The translations under genes were made by a program, and so were the position numbers. Below the pieces are notes generated by a model. It saw only the letters and a program-made list of their open reading frames with translations. It had not been told where the DNA came from and made no database searches. Below are positions 46,978 through 64,000 of a stretch of DNA of 64,000 nucleotides, piece by piece (positions within the stretch are counted from its first letter, which is position 1; each line of letters opens with the position of its first letter). The DNA is taken from assembly GCF_020442045.1 (NCBI RefSeq), contig NZ_JAGRLA010000062.1, forward strand, positions 2,878 through 66,877, written 5' to 3'. This DNA comes from Bauldia sp. (GTDB taxonomy: Bacteria; Pseudomonadota; Alphaproteobacteria; Rhizobiales; Kaistiaceae).

Positions 46978-47376
46978 ATGTCAACCGCCGATACCAAGGC
47001 GAACCGCCCGCTCTCGCCGCATATTCAGATTTACCACTGGCACCTGACGATGGCGATGTCGATCGCCCATCGGGCGACCGGAATCGCGCTCTATGCCGGT
47101 ACCCTGCTGCTCACCTGGTGGCTGCTCGCCGCCGCGACGGGCAAAGGCTATTTCAAGCTCGTCAACGGCATCTTCGGCTCGTGGATCGGGCTGATCATCC
47201 TCTTCGGCTTCACCTGGGCCCTGATCCATCACATGCTCGGCGGCATCCGGCACTTCGTCTGGGATTTCGGTCATGGTTTCGGCAAGCCGGCGCGCGACCA
47301 GCTGGCGCTGGCGAACCTGATCGGCTCGATCGCGATCACGATCCTGGTGTGGATCATCGGACTGGCGGTGCGCTGA
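46978..47376 (+). CDS. sdhC: Succinate dehydrogenase cytochrome b556 subunit
   Basis: [18 protein letters not shown] and HMLGGIRH. Confidence 0.95.
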   Translation: MSTADTKANRPLSPHIQIYHWHLTMAMSIAHRATGIALYAGTLLLTWWLLAAATGKGYFKLVNGIFGSWIGLIILFGFTWALIHHMLGGIRHFVWDFGHGFGKPARDQLALANLIGSIAITILVWIIGLAVR

Positions 47377-47762
47377 TGGCTTCCGACATGCGCACGCCGC
47401 TGCATCGGGTTCTCGGGCTCGGCTCGTCCCACTCCGGCACCCTGCATTTCTGGCGGCAGCGGGTGACCGGCCTCGCCAACATCCCGTTGACCATCGCCTT
47501 CGTGATCATCGTCATCTGCATCGCGGGGCGTCCGTATGGCGAGGTCGTCGACGTGCTGTCCTCGCCGGTCATCGCCATCATCCTGGCCCTGATGATGCTG
47601 TCGATCGCCGTGCATATGCGCCTCGGCATGCAGGTGGTGATCGAGGACTATGTCCACGGGCCGGTGGCACGGCCGCTCGCGCTGATAGCCAATACATTCT
47701 TTGCGTTCGTGATCGGCGCGGGCTCGATCTTCGCGATACTGAAGCTCGCCTTTGGAGGCTGA
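47376..47762 (+). CDS. sdhD: Succinate dehydrogenase hydrophobic anchor subunit
   Basis: [21 protein letters not shown] and [13 protein letters not shown]. Confidence 0.95.
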   Translation: MASDMRTPLHRVLGLGSSHSGTLHFWRQRVTGLANIPLTIAFVIIVICIAGRPYGEVVDVLSSPVIAIILALMMLSIAVHMRLGMQVVIEDYVHGPVARPLALIANTFFAFVIGAGSIFAILKLAFGG

Positions 47763-47767
47763 ACGAC

Positions 47768-49603
47768 ATGGCGGACGGCTCCAACGGTGACAATCGCGCG
47801 CCCGGCGTCAATGGCCGCGCCTATCCCTTCATCGACCACACCTTCGACGTCGTCGTCGTCGGTGCCGGCGGCTCGGGATTGCGCGCGACCCTCGGCGCCA
47901 GCGAAGCGGGCCTGAAGACGGCCTGCATCAGCAAGGTCTTCCCGACGCGCTCGCATACGGTGGCCGCCCAGGGCGGCATCGCCGCCTCGCTCGGCAACAT
48001 GAGCAAGGACGACTGGCGGTGGCACATGTATGACACCGTCAAGGGGTCGGACTGGCTCGGCGACCAGGATGCGATCGAATACCTTTGCCGCGAGGCGCCG
48101 GCCGCGGTCTACGAGCTCGACCATTACGGGCTGCCCTTCTCGCGGACCGAGGACGGCAAGATCTACCAGCGGCCGTTCGGCGGCATGACGACGGAGTTCG
48201 GCGAGGGACCGCCGGCGCAGCGCACCTGCGCGGCGGCCGACCGCACCGGTCATGCCATGCTCCATACCCTCTACGGCCAGTCGCTCAGGCATTCGGCGGA
48301 ATTCTTCATCGAGTATTTCGCCATCGACCTGATCATGGAGGACGGCGCCTGCCGCGGCGTCGTCGCGCTCTGCCTCGAGGACGGGACGCTCCACCGCTTC
48401 CGCGCCCACCGGACGATCCTTGCCACCGGCGGCTACGGACGGGCCTATTTCTCCTGCACCTCGGCCCATACCTGCACCGGCGACGGCAACGGCATGGTGC
48501 TCCGCGCCGGGCTGCCGCTGCAGGACATGGAATTCGTCCAGTTCCACCCGACCGGCGTCTACGGCGCCGGCGTGCTGATCACCGAGGGCGTGCGCGGCGA
48601 GGGCGGCTACCTGACCAATTCGGAAGGCGAGCGCTTCATGGAGCGCTATGCGCCCCACGCCAAGGACCTCGCCTCGCGCGACGTGGTCAGCCGTGCCATG
48701 ACGATCGAGATCCGCGAGGGACGCGGCCATGGCACGGGCAAGGACCATATCCACCTGCACCTGTCGCATCTCGACCCGCAGGTGATCCACCAGCGGCTGC
48801 CGGGCATTGCCGAATCGGCGCGGATCTTCGCCGGAGTCGACGTCACCCGCGATCCGATCCCGGTGCTGCCGACGGTGCATTACAACATGGGCGGCATCCC
48901 GACGAATTATCACGGCGAGGTGCTGAACAAGGTCAATGGCGACCCCGACCAGACGGTGCCCGGCCTGATGGCGCTCGGCGAGGCCGCCTGCGTCTCGGTC
49001 CATGGCGCCAACCGGCTCGGCTCGAACTCGCTGATCGACCTCGTGGTGTTCGGCCGGGCGGCGGCGATCCGCTGCGCCGAGACCATCGAGCGGGACGGGA
49101 AGCATCGCGACCTGCCGAAGGATGCAGGGGAAATGGCGCTCACCCGGCTCGACCATTTCCGCTACGCGGATGGCGGCACGCCGACGGCGGAGCTCCGGCT
49201 CAGGATGCAGATGGCGATGCAGGAGGATTGCGCGGTCTTCCGGACCGGCGACGTCCTGCAGAACGGCCGCGACCGGGTCCAGGAAATCTGGAAGGGCAGC
49301 GACGACATCAAGGTCACCGATCGCTCCCTGATCTGGAACTCGGACCTCGTCGAGACGCTGGAATATGACAACCTGATCGTCCAGGCGATGGTGACGGTGC
49401 AATCGGCGCTGAACCGGACCGAGTCGCGCGGCGCCCACGCCCGCGAGGACTATCCGGATCGCGACGACGGCACGTGGATGAAGCACACCCTGGCCTTCAT
49501 CGATCCCGAGAAGCACACCGTGCGGCTCGACAACCGCCCGGTCCACACCTACACGCTGACCAACGACGTCCAGTATATCGAGCCCAAGGCGCGGGTATAT
49601 TGA
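47768..49603 (+). CDS. sdhA: Succinate dehydrogenase flavoprotein
   Basis: [10 protein letters not shown] (covalent FAD His), HPTG, HYNMGG and RLGSNSL. Confidence 0.97.
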   Translation: MADGSNGDNRAPGVNGRAYPFIDHTFDVVVVGAGGSGLRATLGASEAGLKTACISKVFPTRSHTVAAQGGIAASLGNMSKDDWRWHMYDTVKGSDWLGDQDAIEYLCREAPAAVYELDHYGLPFSRTEDGKIYQRPFGGMTTEFGEGPPAQRTCAAADRTGHAMLHTLYGQSLRHSAEFFIEYFAIDLIMEDGACRGVVALCLEDGTLHRFRAHRTILATGGYGRAYFSCTSAHTCTGDGNGMVLRAGLPLQDMEFVQFHPTGVYGAGVLITEGVRGEGGYLTNSEGERFMERYAPHAKDLASRDVVSRAMTIEIREGRGHGTGKDHIHLHLSHLDPQVIHQRLPGIAESARIFAGVDVTRDPIPVLPTVHYNMGGIPTNYHGEVLNKVNGDPDQTVPGLMALGEAACVSVHGANRLGSNSLIDLVVFGRAAAIRCAETIERDGKHRDLPKDAGEMALTRLDHFRYADGGTPTAELRLRMQMAMQEDCAVFRTGDVLQNGRDRVQEIWKGSDDIKVTDRSLIWNSDLVETLEYDNLIVQAMVTVQSALNRTESRGAHAREDYPDRDDGTWMKHTLAFIDPEKHTVRLDNRPVHTYTLTNDVQYIEPKARVY

Positions 49604-49633
49604 GCGGCGGGGCGGGCAGCGGCCGCTTCACAC

Positions 49634-50335
49634 ATGATCCTCAGCCATAAGTACCGTTTCATCTTCCTGAAGACCGCGAAGACCGGTGGCACCAGCACCG
49701 AGCTGGCGCTGTCGCCGGTCTGCGGGCCGGACGACATCCTGGCGCCGCTCAGCCGGCCGGAGGAGCGGAAGCGGAAGGATTCGCCGGCGCGCAACTACGC
49801 GCTCGGCCTCGGCAGGCTCGGCATCCGTCTGCCCGGCGAGTTCCGCCATCACTTCCCGCAATTCTACGGCTATTACAACCACATGCCGGCGCGGCAGGTG
49901 CGAAGGATGGCCGGCGAGGAGACCTGGCGGGACTATTACAAATTCACGATCGAGCGGAATCCCTGGGACCGTCAGGTGTCCTTCTATTTCTGGCGGACGC
50001 GGCATGCGAAGCCGCGGCCCGACTTCCGCACCTTCATGCTGTCGCCGCGCCATCGCGGCAAGGCCTTCCGCTCGGCGCGGATGAAGAACTGGTGGACCTA
50101 TACGATCGACGACCGGGTCGCCGTCGACCGGGTCATCCGCTACGAAGACCTGGCGGGCGAATTCGACGCGGTGTGCGACCATCTCGGTATCGGCGGCTCG
50201 GTTGCACTTCCCGGCGCCAAGGGCCACACTCGCAAGGACATTCGTCACTATCGGGACTTCTATGACGACGAAACGCGCGCGCTTGTCGCGCGTTGGTATG
50301 CGCGGGAGATCGATACTTTCGGCTACGAGTTCTAG
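49634..50335 (+). CDS. Sulfotransferase family 2 (carbohydrate sulfotransferase-like) protein
   Basis: FIFLKTAKTGGTS (5'-PSB loop), ERNPWDRQVS (3'-PB) and C-terminal EIDTFGYEF. Confidence 0.8.
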   Translation: MILSHKYRFIFLKTAKTGGTSTELALSPVCGPDDILAPLSRPEERKRKDSPARNYALGLGRLGIRLPGEFRHHFPQFYGYYNHMPARQVRRMAGEETWRDYYKFTIERNPWDRQVSFYFWRTRHAKPRPDFRTFMLSPRHRGKAFRSARMKNWWTYTIDDRVAVDRVIRYEDLAGEFDAVCDHLGIGGSVALPGAKGHTRKDIRHYRDFYDDETRALVARWYAREIDTFGYEF

Positions 50336-50411
50336 ACAGTCTGCCGACTGAGGCGTTTTTCGCCGGCGGACGGGGTCTTGCCGATGGGTCAGTCCGGCGG
50401 AGACAACGGCC

Positions 50412-51098
50412 ATGATCATCAGCCACAAACACCGCTTCATCTTCCTGAAGACCGAGAAGACGGCGAGCACAAGCCTCCAGATGGCTCTGGCGAATGCCTG
50501 CGGGCCGGATGACATCATCATCGGCGCCCGGCGCGATCCGGTGACCAACAAGCCCAGGGGGAAGAAGCCGAGCCTCGGTATCGGCCGCTACGTCAGCGTT
50601 CCGGCGGAGATCAGGCGGCGCATGCCGTGGGCCGCCGGCTTCTATCCGCACATGACGGCCCGCCAGGTTCGCAAGGTGGTCGGGCGTGAGGTCTGGAACG
50701 GCTACTTCAAGTTCGCCGTCGAGCGGAATCCCTGGGACCGGCAGGTGTCCAACTACTTCCATCGCCAGCGCCGCCGGGCGGAAAAGAAGGATTTCGAGCG
50801 CTATCTCTCCGATCCGATCTATCGCGGGCTTCACCATGTCCGGCTGAACAACTGGCGCATCTACACGATCGACGACGAGATCGCCGTCGATGCGATGATC
50901 CGCTACGAGGATCTGCAGGGCGGCTATCGGAAGGTCCAGCGAAACCTCGGCCTGACCGGCGACGTCACGCTGCCGCGGCGGCGATCGACGCACCGGGGCG
51001 ATGACGGCGGCTATCGCCGCTACTATTCGCGTCGCACGGCCGGCCTCGTCGCCGGCTGGTACGCCAGGGAAATCGATGCCTTCGGCTACGAGTTCTGA
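50412..51098 (+). CDS. Sulfotransferase family 2 protein, tandem paralogue
   Basis: FIFLKTEKTASTS, ERNPWDRQVS and EIDAFGYEF. Confidence 0.8.
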   Translation: MIISHKHRFIFLKTEKTASTSLQMALANACGPDDIIIGARRDPVTNKPRGKKPSLGIGRYVSVPAEIRRRMPWAAGFYPHMTARQVRKVVGREVWNGYFKFAVERNPWDRQVSNYFHRQRRRAEKKDFERYLSDPIYRGLHHVRLNNWRIYTIDDEIAVDAMIRYEDLQGGYRKVQRNLGLTGDVTLPRRRSTHRGDDGGYRRYYSRRTAGLVAGWYAREIDAFGYEF

Positions 51099-51099
51099 G

Positions 51100-51537
51100 A
51101 TGGCGACGGCAACGCCGGCCGGCTATTCGGGCAAGCCGCTCCCCGTCAAGCTCGGCTTCAAGCCGGGGATGGCGGCCGCCTTCGTCGCGCTGCCGCCCGA
51201 ATGCGAGGCGCTTGCCGACTGGGCCGACTTCGCCAGCGTCGAGCGGATCGACGATTGGCGGGCCGGACTCGGCAGGCGCCGCTACGACCTGATCCACGCC
51301 TTCACCACCCGTCGCGCCGATATCCTGGGGGGCCTTCCGAGGCTCCAGGCGGCGATCAGGCCGAATGGCATGATCTGGGTGTCCTGGCCCAAGAAGGCGT
51401 CGAAGGTGCCGAGCGACGTCACCGAAGACGTCGTCCGGGCGGAGGCGTTGAAAGGCGACCTGGTCGACGTGAAGGTCGCGGCGGTGGATGCCGTCTGGTC
51501 GGCCCTGAAGCTGGTTATTCGCAAGGACAGGCGATAA
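51100..51537 (+). CDS. DUF3052-like protein
   Basis: AGYSGKPLPVKLGFK, WVSWPKKASKVPSDVTED and DVKVAAVDAVWSALKLVIR. Confidence 0.75.
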   Translation: MATATPAGYSGKPLPVKLGFKPGMAAAFVALPPECEALADWADFASVERIDDWRAGLGRRRYDLIHAFTTRRADILGGLPRLQAAIRPNGMIWVSWPKKASKVPSDVTEDVVRAEALKGDLVDVKVAAVDAVWSALKLVIRKDRR

Positions 51538-51635
51538 TGTCGGCCTGTTGCCATGGCGGGCGGTCGCGGCCGTCGCAATGATCTCCGGCGGGCGGTGAAG
51601 GCTGCCGCCGGGCGATGTCAGGGAAGGTGTTGAGG

Positions 51636-52415
51636 ATGGTTGAAATCACGCTGCCAAAGAATTCGCGGGTCCAGGCGGGCAAGGCCTGGGACAAGCCGAA
51701 GGCAGGCGGCAAGGTCCGCGAATTCCGGATCTATCGCTACGATCCGGACAAGGGGCAGAACCCGACGATCGACACCTATTTCGTCGACACTGACGATTGC
51801 GCGCCGATGGTTCTCGACGGGCTGATCTGGATCAAGAGCAGGGTCGATCCCGGACTGACCTTCCGCCGCTCGTGCCGGGAGGGGGTTTGCGGCTCCTGCG
51901 CGATGAATATCGACGGAACCAACACGCTCGCCTGCACGCGGGCGATGGAGGATATCGACGGGCCGATCACCATCTACCCCCTGCCGCATCTCGGCGTGGT
52001 CAAGGATCTGGTCGCCGATCTGAGCACCTTCTACGCCCAGCTGCGCTCGATCGAGCCGTGGCTGCAGACCGAATCGCCCGCCCCGCAGGCCGAATGGCGC
52101 CAGTCGCCGGAAGAGCGGGAGAAGCTCGACGGCCTCTACGAGTGCATCCTGTGCGCCTGCTGCTCGACGGCCTGTCCCTCCTATTGGTGGAATGGCGAAC
52201 GCTATCTCGGTCCGGCGGTGCTGCTGCAAGCCTATCGGTGGCTGATCGATTCGCGCGACGAGGCGACCGGGGCCCGGCTTGACGAGCTCGAGGACCCCTA
52301 CCGGCTCTATCGCTGCCACACGATCATGAATTGCGCCCAGACCTGCCCCAAGGGACTCAACCCGGCAAAGGCGATCGCCGAGGTCAAGAGAATGATGGTC
52401 GAGCGGCGCGTCTAG
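51636..52415 (+). CDS. sdhB: Succinate dehydrogenase iron-sulfur subunit
   Basis: [22 protein letters not shown] and [12 protein letters not shown]. Confidence 0.97.
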   Translation: MVEITLPKNSRVQAGKAWDKPKAGGKVREFRIYRYDPDKGQNPTIDTYFVDTDDCAPMVLDGLIWIKSRVDPGLTFRRSCREGVCGSCAMNIDGTNTLACTRAMEDIDGPITIYPLPHLGVVKDLVADLSTFYAQLRSIEPWLQTESPAPQAEWRQSPEEREKLDGLYECILCACCSTACPSYWWNGERYLGPAVLLQAYRWLIDSRDEATGARLDELEDPYRLYRCHTIMNCAQTCPKGLNPAKAIAEVKRMMVERRV

Positions 52416-52534
52416 CCGCCGGCATCCCTCCTTCCGTCCGATTCCGTTTGCAGAGGGAAAGTCGTCGCAAGGGGTTCACCCCGGCGGCCACAATCCCCAT
52501 GTCAGGTTTGTCGTCATCCAGTCGGAGGAAGGTC

Positions 52535-52723
52535 ATGACGGACAATGTCACATTGAATGCCGGCTCACCCTGGACGCTGACCGCAGTCGAGAAGCTGCAG
52601 GAGCTGTGGAAAGAAGGGGTCAAGCCGGCACTGATCGGCCAGGCCATCGGCCGGCCCGAGGACGAGGTTCGTGCCAAGGCGGCGGAGCTGAAACTGCCGC
52701 AACACGTCGAATCATCGAGCTGA
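52535..52723 (+). CDS. 62-aa protein resembling the GcrA N-terminal HTH
   Basis: Strong SD GGAGGAAGG; PWTLTAVEKLQELWKEG...IGQAIGRPEDEVRAKAAELKL. Confidence 0.7.
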   Translation: MTDNVTLNAGSPWTLTAVEKLQELWKEGVKPALIGQAIGRPEDEVRAKAAELKLPQHVESSS

Positions 52724-52913
52724 CGGGCCTTATTGACGGCACATTCGTCCCCGAAGTCATCGGCGAAGGGCGTGGTGTGGCGACGTGAAACCCTTGTTCC
52801 GAGCCAATAAGGGGTTGCCAAAACACGTGGATTGCCCGAAACCCGCTTTATTTCGGCGCTAGGTTCGGGATTCGCTCGGTCGTCGCTGGCCGGATCAAGG
52901 GGATATATTGCTG

Positions 52914-53447
52914 ATGCCGGTTAACCGTCTCATCCCGGTCTTGTGTGCACTGACACTCGCCGGTTGTGGTTCGATCGGAGCGGTCGGGGTGAACTCCCGC
53001 AACCAGACCGGCCAGGTCGCCGGCGGTCTGCCGCCGCCCCCGATGGGACAGGATGTGGCCGGCGCTCCTCCCGGCGGCGCGGTGATTGCCGAACCGCTTC
53101 CGGCCGCGCCCGGGACCGCCAATGCGGCGGTCGCGACAGCCGCCCCGGCGGCGCCGGCTTCGTCGGGCTCGGTCGGCCGCACCGATCTCCTCGGGGGCTG
53201 GACGATCGCGTCCAGCGGTGAATCCTGCCAGCTCTTCATGACGCTGACCAGTTGGACCGGCGGCTATCGCGCGTCGACGCGCGGGTGCTCGTCCGCGACG
53301 CTGAAGTCGATCTCGGCCTGGAACCTGCAGGGCAACCAGGTCATCCTCGCGGGCCAGGGCGGCACGCCGATCGCCACCTTGCAGCCGTCGGGCGGAAGCC
53401 GCTTCGATGGCTCCGCCGGCGGTGTTCCGGTATCCTTCTACCGATAG
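52914..53447 (+). CDS. AprI/Inh (Omp19-like) protease-inhibitor lipoprotein
   Basis: Lipobox LAGC; LLGGWTI, SCQLF, RGC and ISAWNLQGNQVIL. Confidence 0.8.
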   Translation: MPVNRLIPVLCALTLAGCGSIGAVGVNSRNQTGQVAGGLPPPPMGQDVAGAPPGGAVIAEPLPAAPGTANAAVATAAPAAPASSGSVGRTDLLGGWTIASSGESCQLFMTLTSWTGGYRASTRGCSSATLKSISAWNLQGNQVILAGQGGTPIATLQPSGGSRFDGSAGGVPVSFYR

Positions 53448-53465
53448 CCTATCCGATCCCGGCCG

Positions 53466-55719
<2,254 letters not shown>

Positions 55720-55745
55720 CCGACGGACGGACGGTTGGGGACAAC

Positions 55746-56948
<1,203 letters not shown>

Positions 56949-56990
56949 GCCGGGCGGGCGCGGAACACTGACCCGGTGGGTGGAGTGACG

Positions 56991-57596
56991 ATGTCGAGCA
57001 TCCCGATCGCGCTGTCGTTCCTGACCACTGCGATTGGCATGTGCGCCGCGGCTGGCGGCGCCGATGCCGCGACGGACCCGAGGGTCGAGGCGTTTCGCAC
57101 CACCTGCATCGAGGATCGGCAGGATTTCGAAGCCCTCAAGCGTCGTGCTCTCATCGACGGATGGGCGCCGGTCCATGCCGGCGTCAACACCGAGCTCGAC
57201 TCGATGATGGCGCGCGCCGCCGAGGCCGAATTCGATCCCGGCACGACGGCGCTGCTCGAAAGTTATCTCAAGGCGGTGGCCGGCAACGACGCCTTTCTCG
57301 TCCTCACCTCGGTTGCCAGCGAGCAGATCGACATCGTCGGCTGCTATGTCTACGACTTCGAGGCGACCGCGCCGATTCCGCCATCCCTGATCACCGACTG
57401 GCTCGGCGTTCCGCCGTCGGACACCGTCGACGAGCCGGATTTCATCATCGGCTACACCTGGGAAACGCCCGAGCAGTTGCCAGGCACCTGGGACATCTAC
57501 CTCGCCTATCTTCCCGAAGATGGCGGGGCCAGTGATCTCGCCGGATTCAGCGGCGTCCTCATCAAAATCACCTCGGTCGATCCGAAGGAAGAATGA
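56991..57596 (+). CDS. Hypothetical exported acidic protein inserted between sucC and sucD
   Basis: SD GGAG, signal peptide ending ADA, two mature Cys; its TGA directly abuts the sucD ATG. Confidence 0.7.
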   Translation: MSSIPIALSFLTTAIGMCAAAGGADAATDPRVEAFRTTCIEDRQDFEALKRRALIDGWAPVHAGVNTELDSMMARAAEAEFDPGTTALLESYLKAVAGNDAFLVLTSVASEQIDIVGCYVYDFEATAPIPPSLITDWLGVPPSDTVDEPDFIIGYTWETPEQLPGTWDIYLAYLPEDGGASDLAGFSGVLIKITSVDPKEE

Positions 57597-58481
57597 ATGT
57601 CCATCCTTATTGACGCGAACACCCGGGTCATCTGCCAGGGCTTCACCGGCACCAACGGCACGTTCCACTCCGAGCAGGCGATCGCCTACGGGACCAAGAT
57701 GGTCGGGGGCGTTTCGCCGGGCAAGGGCGGCCGCACCCATCTCGACCTGCCGGTCTTCGACACGGTCCGCCAGGCGAAGCAGGCGACCGGGGCCGATGCA
57801 TCGGTGATCTATGTTCCGCCGCCCTTCGCCGCCGATGCCATTCTTGAGGCAATCGACGCCGGGATCGCCCTCATCGTGTGCATCACGGAAGGCATCCCGG
57901 TCGGCGACATGGTCAGGGTCAACCGGGCGCTCTGTGGCTCGGAATCGCGGCTGGTCGGACCGAACTGTCCGGGCGTCATGACGGCGGGCGAATGCAAGAT
58001 CGGCATCATGCCGGGCAGCATCTTCCAGCCGGGGTCGGTCGGCATCGTGTCCCGGTCCGGGACGCTGACCTACGAGGCGGTTTTCCAGACGACGAATGTC
58101 GGCCTTGGCCAGACCACCGCGGTCGGAATCGGCGGCGATCCGGTGAAGGGCATGGATTTCATCGAGGTGCTCGAGCTGTTGCTCGCCGACGAGGCGACGA
58201 AGTCGATCGTCATGATCGGGGAGATCGGCGGCTCTTCCGAGGAACAGGCGGCGCAGTTCCTCAAGGACGAGGCGGCTCGCGGGCGGGCGAAGCCGGTCGT
58301 CGGCTTCATTGCCGGACGGACCGCCCCGCCCGGCCGGCGCATGGGCCATGCCGGCGCGATCATTGCCGGAGGCCAGGGTGGCGCCGATGACAAGATCGAG
58401 GCGATGCGGTCGGCCGGAATCCGTGTGTCGGAATCGCCGGCCAGGCTGGGGACGACCCTCGCCGAAGTCTTGAAGGCGTGA
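57597..58481 (+). CDS. sucD: Succinyl-CoA synthetase alpha subunit
   Basis: [20 protein letters not shown] and MGHAGA. Confidence 0.97.
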   Translation: MSILIDANTRVICQGFTGTNGTFHSEQAIAYGTKMVGGVSPGKGGRTHLDLPVFDTVRQAKQATGADASVIYVPPPFAADAILEAIDAGIALIVCITEGIPVGDMVRVNRALCGSESRLVGPNCPGVMTAGECKIGIMPGSIFQPGSVGIVSRSGTLTYEAVFQTTNVGLGQTTAVGIGGDPVKGMDFIEVLELLLADEATKSIVMIGEIGGSSEEQAAQFLKDEAARGRAKPVVGFIAGRTAPPGRRMGHAGAIIAGGQGGADDKIEAMRSAGIRVSESPARLGTTLAEVLKA

Positions 58482-58609
58482 AACGAAAGACCATCTTGAA
58501 CCGATGCAGAAAATGAGTCGTTGATTTCGACAGGACCGGCCGTTAGAGCGTGGCGCGTGGCCGCGCACAGATTGAAGAGCGCGAGTATCCTCCGCCTCGC
58601 GGGATGACA

Positions 58610-61597
<2,988 letters not shown>

Positions 61598-61621
61598 GCA
61601 CAGGACGGCCAGGAGAAATCG

Positions 61622-62890
<1,269 letters not shown>

Positions 62891-62914
62891 GGTCCGGGCC
62901 GGCGGGAGGCAGCG

Positions 62915-63115
62915 ATGACCCGCTACGGCCATCATCCGGCATTCGGAGCGACGGTTACCGCGTCGCTCCTTTGTTTCACGGCTTTCGTCGGCCTGTTCCG
63001 TCGCGACCCCGGCGACCCCAACGTCGCCGCCACCACCTTTGCCGCGATCGGCGTGGTGATCGCCGTGGCGAGTCGCCTTGCGGCGCGCCGGACGAACCGT
63101 CATGGGACAAGCTGA
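62915..63115 (+). CDS. 66-aa two-helix membrane protein
   Basis: SD GGGAGG; two hydrophobic segments; lies between sucB and lpdA. Confidence 0.55.
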   Translation: MTRYGHHPAFGATVTASLLCFTAFVGLFRRDPGDPNVAATTFAAIGVVIAVASRLAARRTNRHGTS

Positions 63116-63214
63116 GCCTCCCGGACAGGTCTGACCCGCCGCGGAGGCGCTTGAAGATCGGGGCAGGACATCACATACCGGTGAGCGACAGGAAACCGGC
63201 AGGGGAACCAATCG

Positions 63215-64000
63215 ATGTCATATGATCTCGCCGTTATCGGCAGCGGCCCGGGCGGCTATGTCTGTGCCATCCGCGCCGCGCAGCTCGGCCTCAAGGTCGC
63301 GGTGATCGAGAAGGACGCGACCCTCGGCGGTACCTGCCTGAACGTCGGCTGCATCCCCTCCAAGGCGCTGCTCTACAGCTCCGAGATGCTCGAACGGGCG
63401 GGGCATGACTTCGCGACGCTCGGCATCAAGATCGCGCCGCCCGAGCTCGATCTTGGCGCGATGATGGCCCACCGGGTGGCGATGGTAGAGGCGAACACTT
63501 CCGGCGTCGAATATCTCTTCAAGAAGAACAAGATCGAGACCATCCGCGGGCGCGGCGCGGTCGCCGGCCCGGGCAAGGTCAGCGTCACCGCCGACGACGG
63601 TGCGACCAGCATGGTCGAGGCCAGGGCGATCGTCATCGCCACGGGCTCCGAGTCGACCCCGCTGCCGGGCGTCACGATCGACGAGAAGCGCATTGTTTCC
63701 TCGACCGGCGCGCTGGCGCTCGACGCCGTGCCGAAGCGACTGGTCGTGGTCGGCGCCGGGGTGATCGGCCTCGAGCTCGGGTCGGTCTGGCGGCGGCTTG
63801 GCAGCGAGGTGACGGTCGTCGAGTTCCTCGACCGCATCCTGCCGGGCCTCGACGGCGAGGTGGCGAAGCAGTCGCAGCGCGTCCTTGCCAGGCAGGGGAT
63901 GGCCTTCAAGCTCGCCAGCAAGGTCGCCGCGGTGGACGATTCCGGCGACACGCTGAAGGTGACCATCGAGCCGGCCGCCGGCGGCGATGCCGAAATACTG
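63215..64000 (+). CDS. lpdA: Dihydrolipoamide dehydrogenase E3 (partial, runs off the window)
   Basis: MSYDLAVIGSGPGGYVCAIRAAQLG, GGTCLNVGCIPSK and GAGVIGLELG. Confidence 0.96.
   Translation, partial: MSYDLAVIGSGPGGYVCAIRAAQLGLKVAVIEKDATLGGTCLNVGCIPSKALLYSSEMLERAGHDFATLGIKIAPPELDLGAMMAHRVAMVEANTSGVEYLFKKNKIETIRGRGAVAGPGKVSVTADDGATSMVEARAIVIATGSESTPLPGVTIDEKRIVSSTGALALDAVPKRLVVVGAGVIGLELGSVWRRLGSEVTVVEFLDRILPGLDGEVAKQSQRVLARQGMAFKLASKVAAVDDSGDTLKVTIEPAAGGDAEIL

Overview
High-GC alphaproteobacterial (Rhizobiales/Hyphomicrobiales-type) chromosomal segment. From left to right: (i) a nitrogen-uptake block with two amt paralogues and glnK, each with its own sigma54-type promoter; (ii) tesB and a ubiH/ubiL-type hydroxylase; (iii) a type III-like cellulose operon (bcsN-bcsA-bcsB-bcsZ-TPR/bcsK) followed by a stand-alone SLOG-fold gene; (iv) an approximately 13 kb accessory region (16275-29103) ending at tRNA-Arg(CCT), with a GT2/cytidylyltransferase/2-hydroxyacid dehydrogenase trio, a sterol desaturase, an RraA/HMG aldolase, a TIM-barrel enzyme, an ApnO-like oxidoisomerase, a decayed Gfo/Idh/MocA gene, a sugar ABC transporter and a GntR/FadR regulator; (v) conserved core genes (SNase, M48 protease, rpoH2, carD, fdxA, S4 protein, SUV3-like helicase, DUF3108, rpmB, cobST, J-protein, bolA, leuB); (vi) the TCA supercluster sdhCDAB-zapE-mdh-sucCDAB-lpdA, interrupted by several inserted genes. 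The most striking observations are a BcsA that lacks both residues of the known autoinhibitory salt bridge and the PilZ RxxxR motif, so it may be c-di-GMP independent; a co-oriented upstream glycosyl-donor module whose GT2 lacks DxD; a histone H1-like extension on CarD; an ApnO-type catabolic locus with non-canonical partners; and tandem sulfotransferases splitting sdhA from sdhB. All family calls come from motif recognition by eye; no database searches were run. No CRISPR array, integrase, transposase or rRNA was seen.
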